Source of the DNA: Phycisphaerales bacterium
Lineage (GTDB): Bacteria; Planctomycetota; Phycisphaerae; Phycisphaerales; UBA1924
Assembly (NCBI GenBank): GCA_027019265.1
Contig: JALUWX010000045.1
Span: 6 to 64,005, forward strand
Direction: 5' to 3'
Length of the DNA: 64,000 nucleotides
The position numbers were made by a program, and so were the translations under genes. Below the pieces are notes generated by a model, which was not told the origin of the DNA, searched no databases, and saw only the letters and a program-made list of their open reading frames with translations. Below, one piece after another: positions 1-8,636 of the stretch. Positions within the stretch are counted from its first letter, which is position 1; every line of letters starts with the position of its first letter.

Positions 1-41
1 GGGGGGGGGCCGGGGGGGGGGGGGGGGGGGGGGGGGCGGGG
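1..41. repeat. Near-homopolymeric poly-G tract at the window/contig edge (probable sequencing or assembly artefact)
   Basis: Positions 1-41 are G except for C at 10, 11 and 37. The adjacent kinase reading frame runs straight into it. Confidence 0.6.
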
Positions 42-1559
42 CGCGAGGGGGGCACGGGGTGTGCCCTTGGGGGTGTCGTAGCGGCCGGTCCACCAGTCTT
101 TGACGTTGAGCTTGGGGCGCTGGACGCGTTGGCGCGTGGGGTCGGGGGAATGGGGGGCCTTCGGCGCGGGGGTTGCGGCGCGTTGGGCGCTGGCGACGAA
201 GCTGGGGTCGAGGTCCGGGAGGGGTTCGGGGACGGGGATGTCGATGTCTTCGGGGGACTGGGAGACGGAGGGGAGCTGCGCGGGCTTGACGGCGAAGGGG
301 TCCTTGGCGCTCAGGACGACGCGGAGGTCGGCGAGCATGAGCGCGGCGCTGGGGTAGCGCTTGTCGTAGTCGGTCATGGCGCGGCGGACGATCCAGCGGA
401 GGGATTCGGGGCAGCGCTTGGAGATCTGGGAGAGCCCGGCGTGTGCGGGGAAGGAGTTTTCGATGATGGAGAAGAGGACGGCGCCGGCGGCGTAGACGTC
501 GAATCGGGTGCCGTCGATTTGGTGGACTTTGACGCCGCGGAGGGCTTGCCGAACGAGTTCGGGGTCTCGGAAGTATTCGGTGCCGTGGGTGGTGAGGGTC
601 ATCGCGGAGCGGAGGGGGGTGATGAGCCCGAAGTCGACGAGGTGGGCGCGGGCGCCTTCGGCTTTGGGGTCCACGATGATGTTGTCGGGCTTGACGTCTT
701 TGTGCCAGAGTCCGGCGGAGTGGTAGGTCATGAGGGCGGAGAGGAGGTCGTCCATGTAGGAGAGGGCTTCGCGGAGGTTGGTGTCCGTGAGGCCTTGGGA
801 GGGGGAGGTTGCGTGGAGTCGGGTGGTGACGGCGCTGAGGGGCTCTCCTGGGACGTAACGCATGACGTAGAAGAAGCGGTCTTTGGTGAGTTCGTGCTCA
901 AGTACCAAGCCGAGGTTTCGGGCGGCGTCGAGGGCGCGGGATTCGCGGACGATCTGGGGGAGGGAGGAGCCATCAGCAAGTGAGAAGACTTTGATGACGA
1001 CCTGGTCTACGTCGAGTCCTCGCTTGGTGAATGCGGCTTGCTTGAGGTCGTCGGGTTCGGCGATGTAGAGCTTGCCTCCCGAGCCGCCGCCTTTGAGGGA
1101 GCCGACGATGGTGTAGTGGTCGAACATGCCGACGCGCTTTTTGCTGGGCTTGTCGGATGTGGGTGCGGCGGCGATGGCTTCGGGGACGCGTTGTTCGAGT
1201 CCTTCGAGGGCGGAGCCCAGGCCGAAGAGTCGTGCGGGGTTTCCGATGACGAGGCGCCAGACGCAGGCGCCCATGGCTTGGAGTTCGGTTTGGCAGGCGA
1301 CGGCGTAGTGGCGTGATCGGGACCAGCGGCCGACGACGATGGAGAGGATGATGAGGGGGACGAACATGATGGCGGCGAGGGTGGCGCCGACGAAGCGGAG
1401 GAGATCGGAGACGGTGGCACCGATGAAGCGGAAGATGTTCCCGATGATGGTGAAGAAGAGCTTGAAGAAGACGGAGACGGCTTTGAAGGCGCCGTAGACG
1501 AGGAAGGGGATGGCGATGACCCCGAGGATGGCGAGGACGATGATGAGGATGGGGTGCAT
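1..1559 (-). CDS. Membrane-anchored Ser/Thr protein kinase, 3' end truncated at the window edge
   Basis: Not in the ORF track because no stop lies within the window. My own translation from the ATG at 1559 gives MHPILIIVLAILGV... with 2-3 hydrophobic helices. Kinase motifs follow: glycine loop GSLKGGGSGGK, VVIKVF lysine, HKDVKPDNIIV catalytic loop, VDFGL and TEYFRDPE. The frame stays open down to position 3. Confidence 0.85.
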   Translation of the reverse strand, partial: MHPILIIVLAILGVIAIPFLVYGAFKAVSVFFKLFFTIIGNIFRFIGATVSDLLRFVGATLAAIMFVPLIILSIVVGRWSRSRHYAVACQTELQAMGACVWRLVIGNPARLFGLGSALEGLEQRVPEAIAAAPTSDKPSKKRVGMFDHYTIVGSLKGGGSGGKLYIAEPDDLKQAAFTKRGLDVDQVVIKVFSLADGSSLPQIVRESRALDAARNLGLVLEHELTKDRFFYVMRYVPGEPLSAVTTRLHATSPSQGLTDTNLREALSYMDDLLSALMTYHSAGLWHKDVKPDNIIVDPKAEGARAHLVDFGLITPLRSAMTLTTHGTEYFRDPELVRQALRGVKVHQIDGTRFDVYAAGAVLFSIIENSFPAHAGLSQISKRCPESLRWIVRRAMTDYDKRYPSAALMLADLRVVLSAKDPFAVKPAQLPSVSQSPEDIDIPVPEPLPDLDPSFVASAQRAATPAPKAPHSPDPTRQRVQRPKLNVKDWWTGRYDTPKGTPRAPLAPRPPPPPPPPGPP

Positions 1560-1586
1560 GGTGGTGCGCCTCGTGGGGGCGTTGTG

Positions 1587-2363
1587 TCAGAGCAGGGATT
1601 GCTCATCCACAGCGCGGAGTTCCAGCTGCCGGTGGTAGATGTCCGCGATCGCTTCGTCGAAGGCGGAATCGGTGGCTTTGTCGGCGGGTCCGGCGTCCCC
1701 GCTGCCCATGGAGTCCTGATTGGGAGAAAGGGTGAGCCCGTTTCGTGAGGCTTCGTCGAGTTCGTCGTCGGTGAAGGAATAGACGGCGATGACTTCCATG
1801 AGACGTCTTCTGAGGGTTTCGCGGACCTTGGCGAGTCTTCGGGAGACGGTGGGTTCGGAGACCCCCACTGCTTCTGCGACGTCTTTGCCTGATTGGCCGT
1901 CGAGGACGCGCATGCGGTAGATGGAGAAGTCCATGAAGTCGGATTCGGTTTCGACTTTGCGGAGTGCGGCTTCGACCTTGGCGCGGAAGACGGAGGCCTC
2001 GTATTCCTCGTCTACGCCCATGCTTGCGTCGGCTTTCATCCAGGTTTCGTCGAACTGGGCGTTGGCTTTTCCTGCGCCTCGTTTGAGGGCCATTCTCCGG
2101 TCGATTTCGTCGCCGAGGACGTGTTTGGCGATGGCGAGGAGCCATGTGGAGAACCGTGCGCCGCGGGCTGGGTCGTATCGGTCGATGGAGTTGGAGAGTG
2201 CGGCGAGGGTTTCCTGGGAGAGGTCGCGCGCGGTTTCGACCCCGATGCGTCCTTTGCCCCAGCGGGTGAGCTGGACCCGGATGACGGGGCCGAAGGTTTC
2301 CCAGAGCTCGAACCACGCCGCTTCGTCGTTGGCGCGGAGTCGAGCGATGAATGAGGTTGTCAT
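1587..2363 (-). CDS. ECF-type RNA polymerase sigma-70 family factor with a C-terminal extension
   Basis: Region 2-like: DLSQETLAALSNSIDRYDPARGARFSTWLLAIAKHVLGDEIDRR. Region 4 HTH-like: GKDVAEAVGVSEPTVSRRLAKVRETLRRRL. About 65 further residues follow. The ATG at 2363 is preferred over the GTG at 2375. The stop lies 27 nt upstream of the kinase ATG. Confidence 0.85.
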   Translation of the reverse strand: MTTSFIARLRANDEAAWFELWETFGPVIRVQLTRWGKGRIGVETARDLSQETLAALSNSIDRYDPARGARFSTWLLAIAKHVLGDEIDRRMALKRGAGKANAQFDETWMKADASMGVDEEYEASVFRAKVEAALRKVETESDFMDFSIYRMRVLDGQSGKDVAEAVGVSEPTVSRRLAKVRETLRRRLMEVIAVYSFTDDELDEASRNGLTLSPNQDSMGSGDAGPADKATDSAFDEAIADIYHRQLELRAVDEQSLL

Positions 2364-2666
2364 GTTGGTGAGCACGAGACCCGTCTCCTGTGTGTGGCGG
2401 GTTTTATTGGTTGAAGGGGGATGGTTTTTTCATCGCCCGGACCCTGAAGGGTACACGGGGGAGGGGGGGTTGCGTTGCGGAAAGCGGGTTTCTGTGGTTT
2501 GAGAGGGGTTCTCGGGTGTGAATCCGGGGAATTCTTGGAAGGTGTGAAAGGGGCGGGGTGGGAATCCCAGTGATGTTGGGGACGGGCTTGGGCTCGTCGG
2601 AACCAAACCAACCACATGCGGCGCGAGTCAGGATGCGTCGGAATCAGCTTTTTTAGGAGATCGATT

Positions 2667-3611
2667 ATGGCAGCAGTGTGCAAGACAGTCGTTCGGGGCG
2701 TGGTGATCACGGCGCTGGCCGGGGGGGTGCTCGTTGCGGTTGCTGGACCTCATCGGGTGCACGCGATGTTTGATCAGGCGCGTGGCAACATCACCCAGGT
2801 GATCGACAACAGCATCGACGATCCGACCCTGCTGAGAGCGCAGATCAAGAAGCTCGAGGCGCAGTACCCGCAGAAGATCGCGGAGGTCCGTTCGGATCTT
2901 TCGGAGGTGCAGACGCAGGTGACGCAGCTGGAGCGTGATCTTCAGGTGGCGCACAAGGTGGTGGCGCTGGCCGCTCAGGATCTGAACGGTGTGGATACCC
3001 AGCTCTCTCAGGCGCGGGTGACCCAGCAGGCGAACCCGGGCGCGATCGTTCGGATCTCGTACAACAACAAGCCCATCGAGCTTGAGGATGCGTACACGAA
3101 GCGTCAGCGGATCGAGGACACCCGCGACCTGTACCTTGCCCGTGCGGCGGACCTTGAGACGGATCTCGGGTACCTCCGGGATCAGGAGGGTCAGCTGAGC
3201 GATCTGCTGGCGCGTCTCGAGACGGAGCACGCGGAGTTCCAGGCGAAGCTGTTCCAGCTCGATGCGCAGATCGACACGATCGCTCGGAACGATCGTCTCA
3301 TCGGGATGATGGAGGATCGTCAGGCGACGATCGACGAGCACTCGCGGTTCCAGTCGAACTCGCTCGATCAGCTGAACTCCCGTCTGAGCACGATCCGGAA
3401 CGAGCAGCGGGCTCGTCTGGAAGCGATCTCGAACCGTGAATCGGATCGGGATTACGTGGACGAGGCGGAGTTCCTGATCGATCAGGAATCGCGGGTGATC
3501 GAGCCCCAGGATTTCGGGGCTGAGAAGAACGTGGGCTTCATGTATGAAGCACCCCAGGTGATCGATATCACCCCGGAGTCGGCGACAGCGAAGTCGATCG
3601 CTGCGAACTGA
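2667..3611 (+). CDS. Hypothetical membrane-anchored coiled-coil protein
   Basis: AGGAG lies 7 nt upstream of the ATG at 2667. An N-terminal hydrophobic segment (VVITALAGGVLVAVAG) is followed by about 250 residues of heptad-like Q/E/L/R-rich sequence. I recognised no family. Confidence 0.6.
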   Translation: MAAVCKTVVRGVVITALAGGVLVAVAGPHRVHAMFDQARGNITQVIDNSIDDPTLLRAQIKKLEAQYPQKIAEVRSDLSEVQTQVTQLERDLQVAHKVVALAAQDLNGVDTQLSQARVTQQANPGAIVRISYNNKPIELEDAYTKRQRIEDTRDLYLARAADLETDLGYLRDQEGQLSDLLARLETEHAEFQAKLFQLDAQIDTIARNDRLIGMMEDRQATIDEHSRFQSNSLDQLNSRLSTIRNEQRARLEAISNRESDRDYVDEAEFLIDQESRVIEPQDFGAEKNVGFMYEAPQVIDITPESATAKSIAAN

Positions 3612-3650
3612 TCACGAGCTCTCTCTTGGGTCGATTCTGACCACACCAAT

Positions 3651-3694
3651 CGCCGCGCTTCGGAGTCCGGTCCGGAGCGCGGCGGTGCTGTTTT
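3651..3694 (+). terminator. Intrinsic terminator hairpin between convergent genes
   Basis: CGCCGCGCTTCGG (3651-3663) pairs with CCGGAGCGCGGCG (3672-3684) with one G-U pair. GTGCTGTTTT follows. Confidence 0.6.
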
Positions 3695-3711
3695 GGGGTT
3701 GGTCGGTTGTG

Positions 3712-4470
3712 TCAGACGGAGACGGGTTCGCGCGAATATTCGCGGAGCTCGGCGAGGGAGTTGATGGTGTTGCAGAGCTCGGGGTCCATCGCGAGGGTCA
3801 CGGACCCGCGTTTGGCGCCGGATTCTTCTTCGCCGGGGAGGGCGGGGAAGAAGGCGCGGAAGGGGTGATGGTTGATGGGGTCGAAGTACGGGAGGTGGAG
3901 GGTTTTGCCGTTCCCGTAGTCGTCGTAGCCATAGACGGGGTCGTCATCGACTTTGAAGTCGTCGATGAGGATGACGGATTTGGGGTGGAGTTCGAAGATG
4001 ATGTCCACTTCTTCGCGGAGGGGGAGGTCTTCCTCCCAGTGCGCATCGAGGTAGAAGAAGAGGGGTTTGTCCCCGGCGTTGAGGGCTTTGATCGTGTTCT
4101 TGAGGAAGGGACGGGAGTCGGAGTAGTTGAGGTGGATTTTGCCCGGGAAGCGTTTAAAGCGTTGTTTGGAGAAGGCGTAGAACTTGGGGTTGGCTTCGGT
4201 GGTGTGGACGTCGAGGTTGGTGCGGGTGTGCATGTACTCGGTGGTTCGTCCGAGGTAGGTGCCTGTTTCGAGGATGGCGGCGAAGTCGATGGCGGAGGTG
4301 AGGGCGTTGAAGATGGCTTGGCGGCCGTGCTGGTCGTTGAAGGCGATGTCGGGGGATCCTCGGCGGTTGGGTTTGGCGTGGTAGGTGTAGGCGCCTTTGA
4401 CGAGGTCGTAGCGTTCGGCGATGGCTCGGCCGACGGCGTTGGTCTGGAGTGCTTTTTTGAGTTGGGACAT
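3712..4470 (-). CDS. Hypothetical protein, possibly a class I SAM-dependent methyltransferase
   Basis: A 252-aa ORF with normal composition. ILETGTYLGRTT resembles SAM-binding motif I. The assignment is weak. Confidence 0.5.
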   Translation of the reverse strand: MSQLKKALQTNAVGRAIAERYDLVKGAYTYHAKPNRRGSPDIAFNDQHGRQAIFNALTSAIDFAAILETGTYLGRTTEYMHTRTNLDVHTTEANPKFYAFSKQRFKRFPGKIHLNYSDSRPFLKNTIKALNAGDKPLFFYLDAHWEEDLPLREEVDIIFELHPKSVILIDDFKVDDDPVYGYDDYGNGKTLHLPYFDPINHHPFRAFFPALPGEEESGAKRGSVTLAMDPELCNTINSLAELREYSREPVSV

Positions 4471-4722
4471 GGGTTGGCCTCGGATTCACGGAAGCTGAAT
4501 GATTCGAGTATGATAGCTGGATGGGCCGATGACACCCAGGCGGCGTTGGGCTCGGCGGCGCGGAAATTGCCTTTGCGGCCGGGACAACGTGTGTTTCGTG
4601 CGATGCGGGAGCGTTGCGCGGGCTCTGCGTGGGGGACTCGGCGCTATGGTAGAGATTCGTGGGACAGGGTTTGCGCGTGTGCGGCTCGTCCCATTGTGAC
4701 CTTCTTCGGAGACGACTGACCC

Positions 4723-5778
4723 GTGTGGTATGAACGCTTCCTTGGACCGCTGGGTGTCGATATGGGGATTGACCTCGGGACGTGCAACACGCTTGTTGCG
4801 GTTCGGGGTCAGGGGATCGTGCTGAACGAGCCCAGCGTGGTTGCGGTGAAGAAGGGGACGAACCAGGTGCTCAAGGGGGGGCAGGCGGTTGGTTGGGTGG
4901 CGAAGGAGATGCTGGGGAAGACCCCGGGGTCGATTACGGCGGTGCGTCCGCTGAAGGACGGGGTGATCTCGGACTTCGAGATTACCGAGGCGATGCTGCA
5001 CTACTTCATCACGAAGGTGACGGGTCGGGTGCGGATGCTTGGGCCTCGGGTGGTGATCTCGATTCCTTCGGGGATTACGGCGGTTGAGAAGCGCGCGGTG
5101 TTCGACAGCGCGGAGCATGCTGGGGCGCGGAAGACGTATCTGCTCGAGGAGCCCATCGCGGCGGCGATCGGGGCGGGGCTGCCGTTTGCGGAGCCCACGG
5201 CTTCGATGATTGTGGATATCGGGGGCGGGACGACGGAGGTCGCGATTATGTCCCTGGCGGACATCGCGAACTGCGAGTCGGTTCGTGTGGCCGGCGATGA
5301 CATGGACGAGGCGATCATCGCGCACATGAAACGGACGTATAACCTGATGATCGGTGAGCAGACGGCGGAGCGGATCAAGATCCAGATCGGGTCTGCGGCG
5401 CCGGATCCGGACACGGAAGAGACGCAGATGGAGGTCCGGGGTCGGGATATGGTCTCGGGTCTTCCGAGGAAGACGACGATCACGAGCGAGGAGATCCGGG
5501 AGGCGCTCTCGGAACCCGTGACGAACATCATCGAAGCGGTGACCCGGACGCTCGAGCGGGCTGAGCCCGAGCTTGCGGCGGATCTTGTGGAGAACGGGAT
5601 CACGCTCGCTGGTGGTGGGTCGTTGCTCCGGGGTCTTGCGATTCGGATCAAGGAAGCGACGGGTCTGGACACGACGCTCGCGGAGGATCCGCTCACGTGC
5701 GTGGCGCGTGGGACGGCGATCTATCTCGAGAACATCGAGGTGTGGAAGGACACGCTCGAGAACAACGCGGATATCTGA
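4723..5778 (+). CDS. mreB: Rod shape-determining actin-like protein MreB
   Basis: GIDLGTCNTLVAV, DIGGGTTEVAI and GITLAGGGSLLRGL motifs, followed by mreC and mreD. The GTG start at 4723 gives an N-terminus typical of MreB. Confidence 0.93.
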   Translation: MWYERFLGPLGVDMGIDLGTCNTLVAVRGQGIVLNEPSVVAVKKGTNQVLKGGQAVGWVAKEMLGKTPGSITAVRPLKDGVISDFEITEAMLHYFITKVTGRVRMLGPRVVISIPSGITAVEKRAVFDSAEHAGARKTYLLEEPIAAAIGAGLPFAEPTASMIVDIGGGTTEVAIMSLADIANCESVRVAGDDMDEAIIAHMKRTYNLMIGEQTAERIKIQIGSAAPDPDTEETQMEVRGRDMVSGLPRKTTITSEEIREALSEPVTNIIEAVTRTLERAEPELAADLVENGITLAGGGSLLRGLAIRIKEATGLDTTLAEDPLTCVARGTAIYLENIEVWKDTLENNADI

Positions 5779-5860
5779 GTTCCTTCGGGCTCGGGTATTT
5801 GTTTGTGTGTTCGTGTAGACTGGATCGAGCTGGGATCGTGTCTGGTTTATCGGGATTGTC

Positions 5861-6724
5861 ATGCAGCATCAGCCGGCGCTTGTGCGCTTTTCCATGCCGA
5901 TCACTGTGGTGTTGATGGTGGTGTTGTGCTTGCTCCCGACGGGGTGGCTGGACTGGACGGGGTGGTTTGCGGCTCAGGCGCGGGTGGTGGTGTCACCGAT
6001 CGCGCATCCGATCTCGATGGCGCGGGATTTCATTCTCCCTCAGAGTGTGTCGAACCCGGGCGCGAGCGATCGGGAGCGGACGTTGCTCTCGGAGCTGGAG
6101 CGGTACAAGACGCAGTTGTATCGGGAGCAGCAGAAGACGGCTCGGCTCGAGGATCTGGTGGATCAGTTGTCGAGCGGCGCGGCGCTGACCCCGGAGATGG
6201 AGATCACGCAGGTCCCTCGGCCGGTGACGGGGACGGCGCGAGACTTCATGGTGGTTCGGAAGGGGAACATCGATGTCGTGGAGCGGAACACGATCGTCGT
6301 TGTAGGGGCGGCCGCGGATCAGTTGTGTGGTCGGGTGACGGAGGCGCGGGATCTCACGTGTCTGGTGCTCCCGATCACGGCGGAGAATGCGGAGCCGATC
6401 CTTGGGGTGGTGATGCTCGACGAGACGGGCTTGCAGACGGCGCGGTGTCTGCTGCGGGCGCAGGGGGACGGGACGCTGAAGGGGGATGTGACGCAGCCCG
6501 CTGGGGATGAGCGGGAGATTGTGACGGGGATGGAGGTTCGGCTCTTGGATGATCAGTGGCCGAGACATGCACAGATGCTGATCGTGGGGAAGATCGAGCG
6601 GGTGTCGTCGGCTCCGGATCAGCCTTTGCGGAAGCAGATCGTGGTGCGCCCGACGGTGGATCTGCGGAGCGTGATCGAGGTGATTTTCCGTGTCCCGACG
6701 ATGGATGATGGGGGGAACGGATGA
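5861..6724 (+). CDS. mreC: Rod shape-determining protein MreC
   Basis: It sits between mreB and mreD. It has an N-terminal TM helix, a short coiled coil (ELERYKTQLYREQQKTARLEDLVDQL) and then a beta-rich domain. Confidence 0.8.
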   Translation: MQHQPALVRFSMPITVVLMVVLCLLPTGWLDWTGWFAAQARVVVSPIAHPISMARDFILPQSVSNPGASDRERTLLSELERYKTQLYREQQKTARLEDLVDQLSSGAALTPEMEITQVPRPVTGTARDFMVVRKGNIDVVERNTIVVVGAAADQLCGRVTEARDLTCLVLPITAENAEPILGVVMLDETGLQTARCLLRAQGDGTLKGDVTQPAGDEREIVTGMEVRLLDDQWPRHAQMLIVGKIERVSSAPDQPLRKQIVVRPTVDLRSVIEVIFRVPTMDDGGNG

Positions 6725-7296
6725 ACTGGTTCGTGCTCCTGTTTCTTGCGTGGTTGGGGTTCGGGCTGGAGATGGCGCTCGCGCCGGTGTTCGATGCTGG
6801 GGCGCTGGGGGTTCATCCGAGCACGATGATCCCGATTCTGGTTTTTGTTGCGTTGTATGCGCCGAGGAAGCATGTGCTGTGGGCGGCGGTGGCGCTCGGG
6901 TTGTTCCGGGATCTGTTGTCGCCGCTGACGCATGAGAATGGTGGTCCGGTGCATCTGATCGGGCCGTATGTGCTCGGGTCGCTGCTGTGTGTGCAGTTCG
7001 TGCTGAGTGTGCGCGGGATGGTGATCCGTCGGAACCCGTTGACGATCGGGGCGCTGAGTATTCTGGGTGCGATCGTGGCGGAGATTCTGGTGGTGGCGCT
7101 CGTGACGATCCGGGTGGTCTTCGGGGATCATCTGGTGTGGGATGCGAGCGATGAGCTTGTGGCGCGGCTGTTGTCGAGCTTGTACACGGGGGTGATGGGG
7201 CTGGTGCTGTCGTTCATCTTCTTCGCGCTGACCCCGGCGTTTGGGTTCCACGGCGCGGTGGCGACCCGGTTCGCACGGACGATGGGTGTGCGGTAG
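6721..7296 (+). CDS. mreD: Rod shape-determining protein MreD (polytopic membrane protein)
   Basis: Its start overlaps the mreC stop (ATGA). It is a very hydrophobic 191-aa protein in the canonical mreBCD position. Confidence 0.7.
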   Translation: MNWFVLLFLAWLGFGLEMALAPVFDAGALGVHPSTMIPILVFVALYAPRKHVLWAAVALGLFRDLLSPLTHENGGPVHLIGPYVLGSLLCVQFVLSVRGMVIRRNPLTIGALSILGAIVAEILVVALVTIRVVFGDHLVWDASDELVARLLSSLYTGVMGLVLSFIFFALTPAFGFHGAVATRFARTMGVR

Positions 7297-7358
7297 GGGC
7301 TGGATCTGGGTCGGGGATGGGGTGTCGGTTCGGGTGCGGGGTGATACCATCGCTGGAT

Positions 7359-8636
7359 ATGGCGAACTCAGTGAAATCGATCTTGTTCAATGATGCGCAC
7401 GGGTCTCTTGGGCCTCTGGATGATCTGCGCCCGGCGCATGCGATCCGGACGGGGGCGCTGACGACGGCGGAGCGTTTGACGGCGGCTTTTGACCTGGAAC
7501 CGATCGGGATCGTGGTTCCGAATGAGATGATCGAGCTCGCGAAGGATCAGACGGGGCTTCCGGTGAATGAGCCGCCGGAGGAGAGCGACGACGAGGTGCT
7601 GATGATCAACGGGCGCTGTGCGCTCCCGATTGAAGCGATCGAGCACCTTGAGCTGGGGGAGGTCGCGATCGAGAAGGAGACGAGCGACATGATCGCGATG
7701 CGCCTCACAGCGCGCGATGTGAAGAGCTTGCTCACGGGGGGGAATCCGGAGATGCGGAGCGTTGAGGTCGATGACCATGTGCTGCTGCGCCGGCCCTGGG
7801 ATTGGCGGACGTTCCGGGATCGGTGTCTGGAGTTCGATCTGAACCACGTGATGCACACGATGCTGAAGGTGGATCAGGCGCCGGCGGGGGTGACGATCGT
7901 GGGTCAGATGGGGGTGGCGATCCATCCGGAGGCGGAGATCGGGCCGGGGGTGGTGCTGGACTCGACGCGCGGGGCGATCGTGATCGAGGAGAACGTGGTG
8001 ATCCGTCCGGGCGCGATCGTGGTGGGTCCGGTGTACATCGGTCCTGGATCCACGGTACTCGAGCACGCGCTGGTCAAGGGCGCGACGGCGATCGGTCCCG
8101 TGTGCAAGGTTGCGGGTGAGGTCGGGGGGACGATCTTCCAGGGGTACGCGAACAAGGCGCACGCGGGTCACCTGGGTGATTCGTGGGTCGGGGAGTGGGT
8201 GAACCTGGGCGCGGACACGACGAACTCGAACCTGCTCAATACCTACGAGGAGGTGGTGTGCCGGGCGACGTCGTCGGCGAAGCGCGAGAAGACGGGGCAC
8301 CAGTTTTTGGGCGCGACGCTCGGGGACCACACGAAGACGGCGATCGGGACGCGGATCATGACGGGCGCGGTCGTCGGGACGGGTGTGATGTACGCGGCGA
8401 GCTCGGCGATGAACGGGACGCTGGATCCGTTTGCGTGGGTAACGGACGCGGGGACGAGGTCGTACCGGCTCGGGAAGTTCGTCGAGGTTGCGATGTCGGT
8501 GATGGAGCGAAGGGGTGTGATCCAGTCGCAGGCTTATGCGCGTCGGTTGACGGTGCTGCATGAGCGCGCGACGGGGGAGAGTTCGGGGATGAACTGGCCT
8601 GGGAAGCCGGTGACGATTCAGGGGGATGAGGGCTGA
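7359..8636 (+). CDS. GlmU-like putative sugar nucleotidyltransferase with a left-handed beta-helix (hexapeptide repeat) domain
   Basis: The N-terminus SILFNDAHGSLGPLDDLRPAHAIRTG is typical of the putative sugar nucleotidyltransferase family. The central part has imperfect hexapeptide repeats (IGPGVVLD, IRPGAIVVGPVYIGPGSTV, IGPVCKVAGEVGG). Confidence 0.75.
   Translation: MANSVKSILFNDAHGSLGPLDDLRPAHAIRTGALTTAERLTAAFDLEPIGIVVPNEMIELAKDQTGLPVNEPPEESDDEVLMINGRCALPIEAIEHLELGEVAIEKETSDMIAMRLTARDVKSLLTGGNPEMRSVEVDDHVLLRRPWDWRTFRDRCLEFDLNHVMHTMLKVDQAPAGVTIVGQMGVAIHPEAEIGPGVVLDSTRGAIVIEENVVIRPGAIVVGPVYIGPGSTVLEHALVKGATAIGPVCKVAGEVGGTIFQGYANKAHAGHLGDSWVGEWVNLGADTTNSNLLNTYEEVVCRATSSAKREKTGHQFLGATLGDHTKTAIGTRIMTGAVVGTGVMYAASSAMNGTLDPFAWVTDAGTRSYRLGKFVEVAMSVMERRGVIQSQAYARRLTVLHERATGESSGMNWPGKPVTIQGDEG

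Noticed and set aside
129-983. A 284-aa plus-strand ORF, with nested ORFs at 100-357 and 508-726.
   Set aside because: Its Gly/Glu/Val/Asp-rich composition is typical of the antisense frame of GC-rich coding DNA. The opposite strand encodes a clear Ser/Thr kinase domain.
1007-1606. A 199-aa minus-strand Ser/Pro-rich ORF.
   Set aside because: It is an alternative frame of the kinase gene with low-complexity S/P composition. The kinase frame has recognisable TM helices and catalytic motifs.
4486-5862. A 458-aa minus-strand ORF opposite mreB.
   Set aside because: It is an Arg/Pro/His-rich shadow ORF, and mreB on the plus strand is unambiguous.
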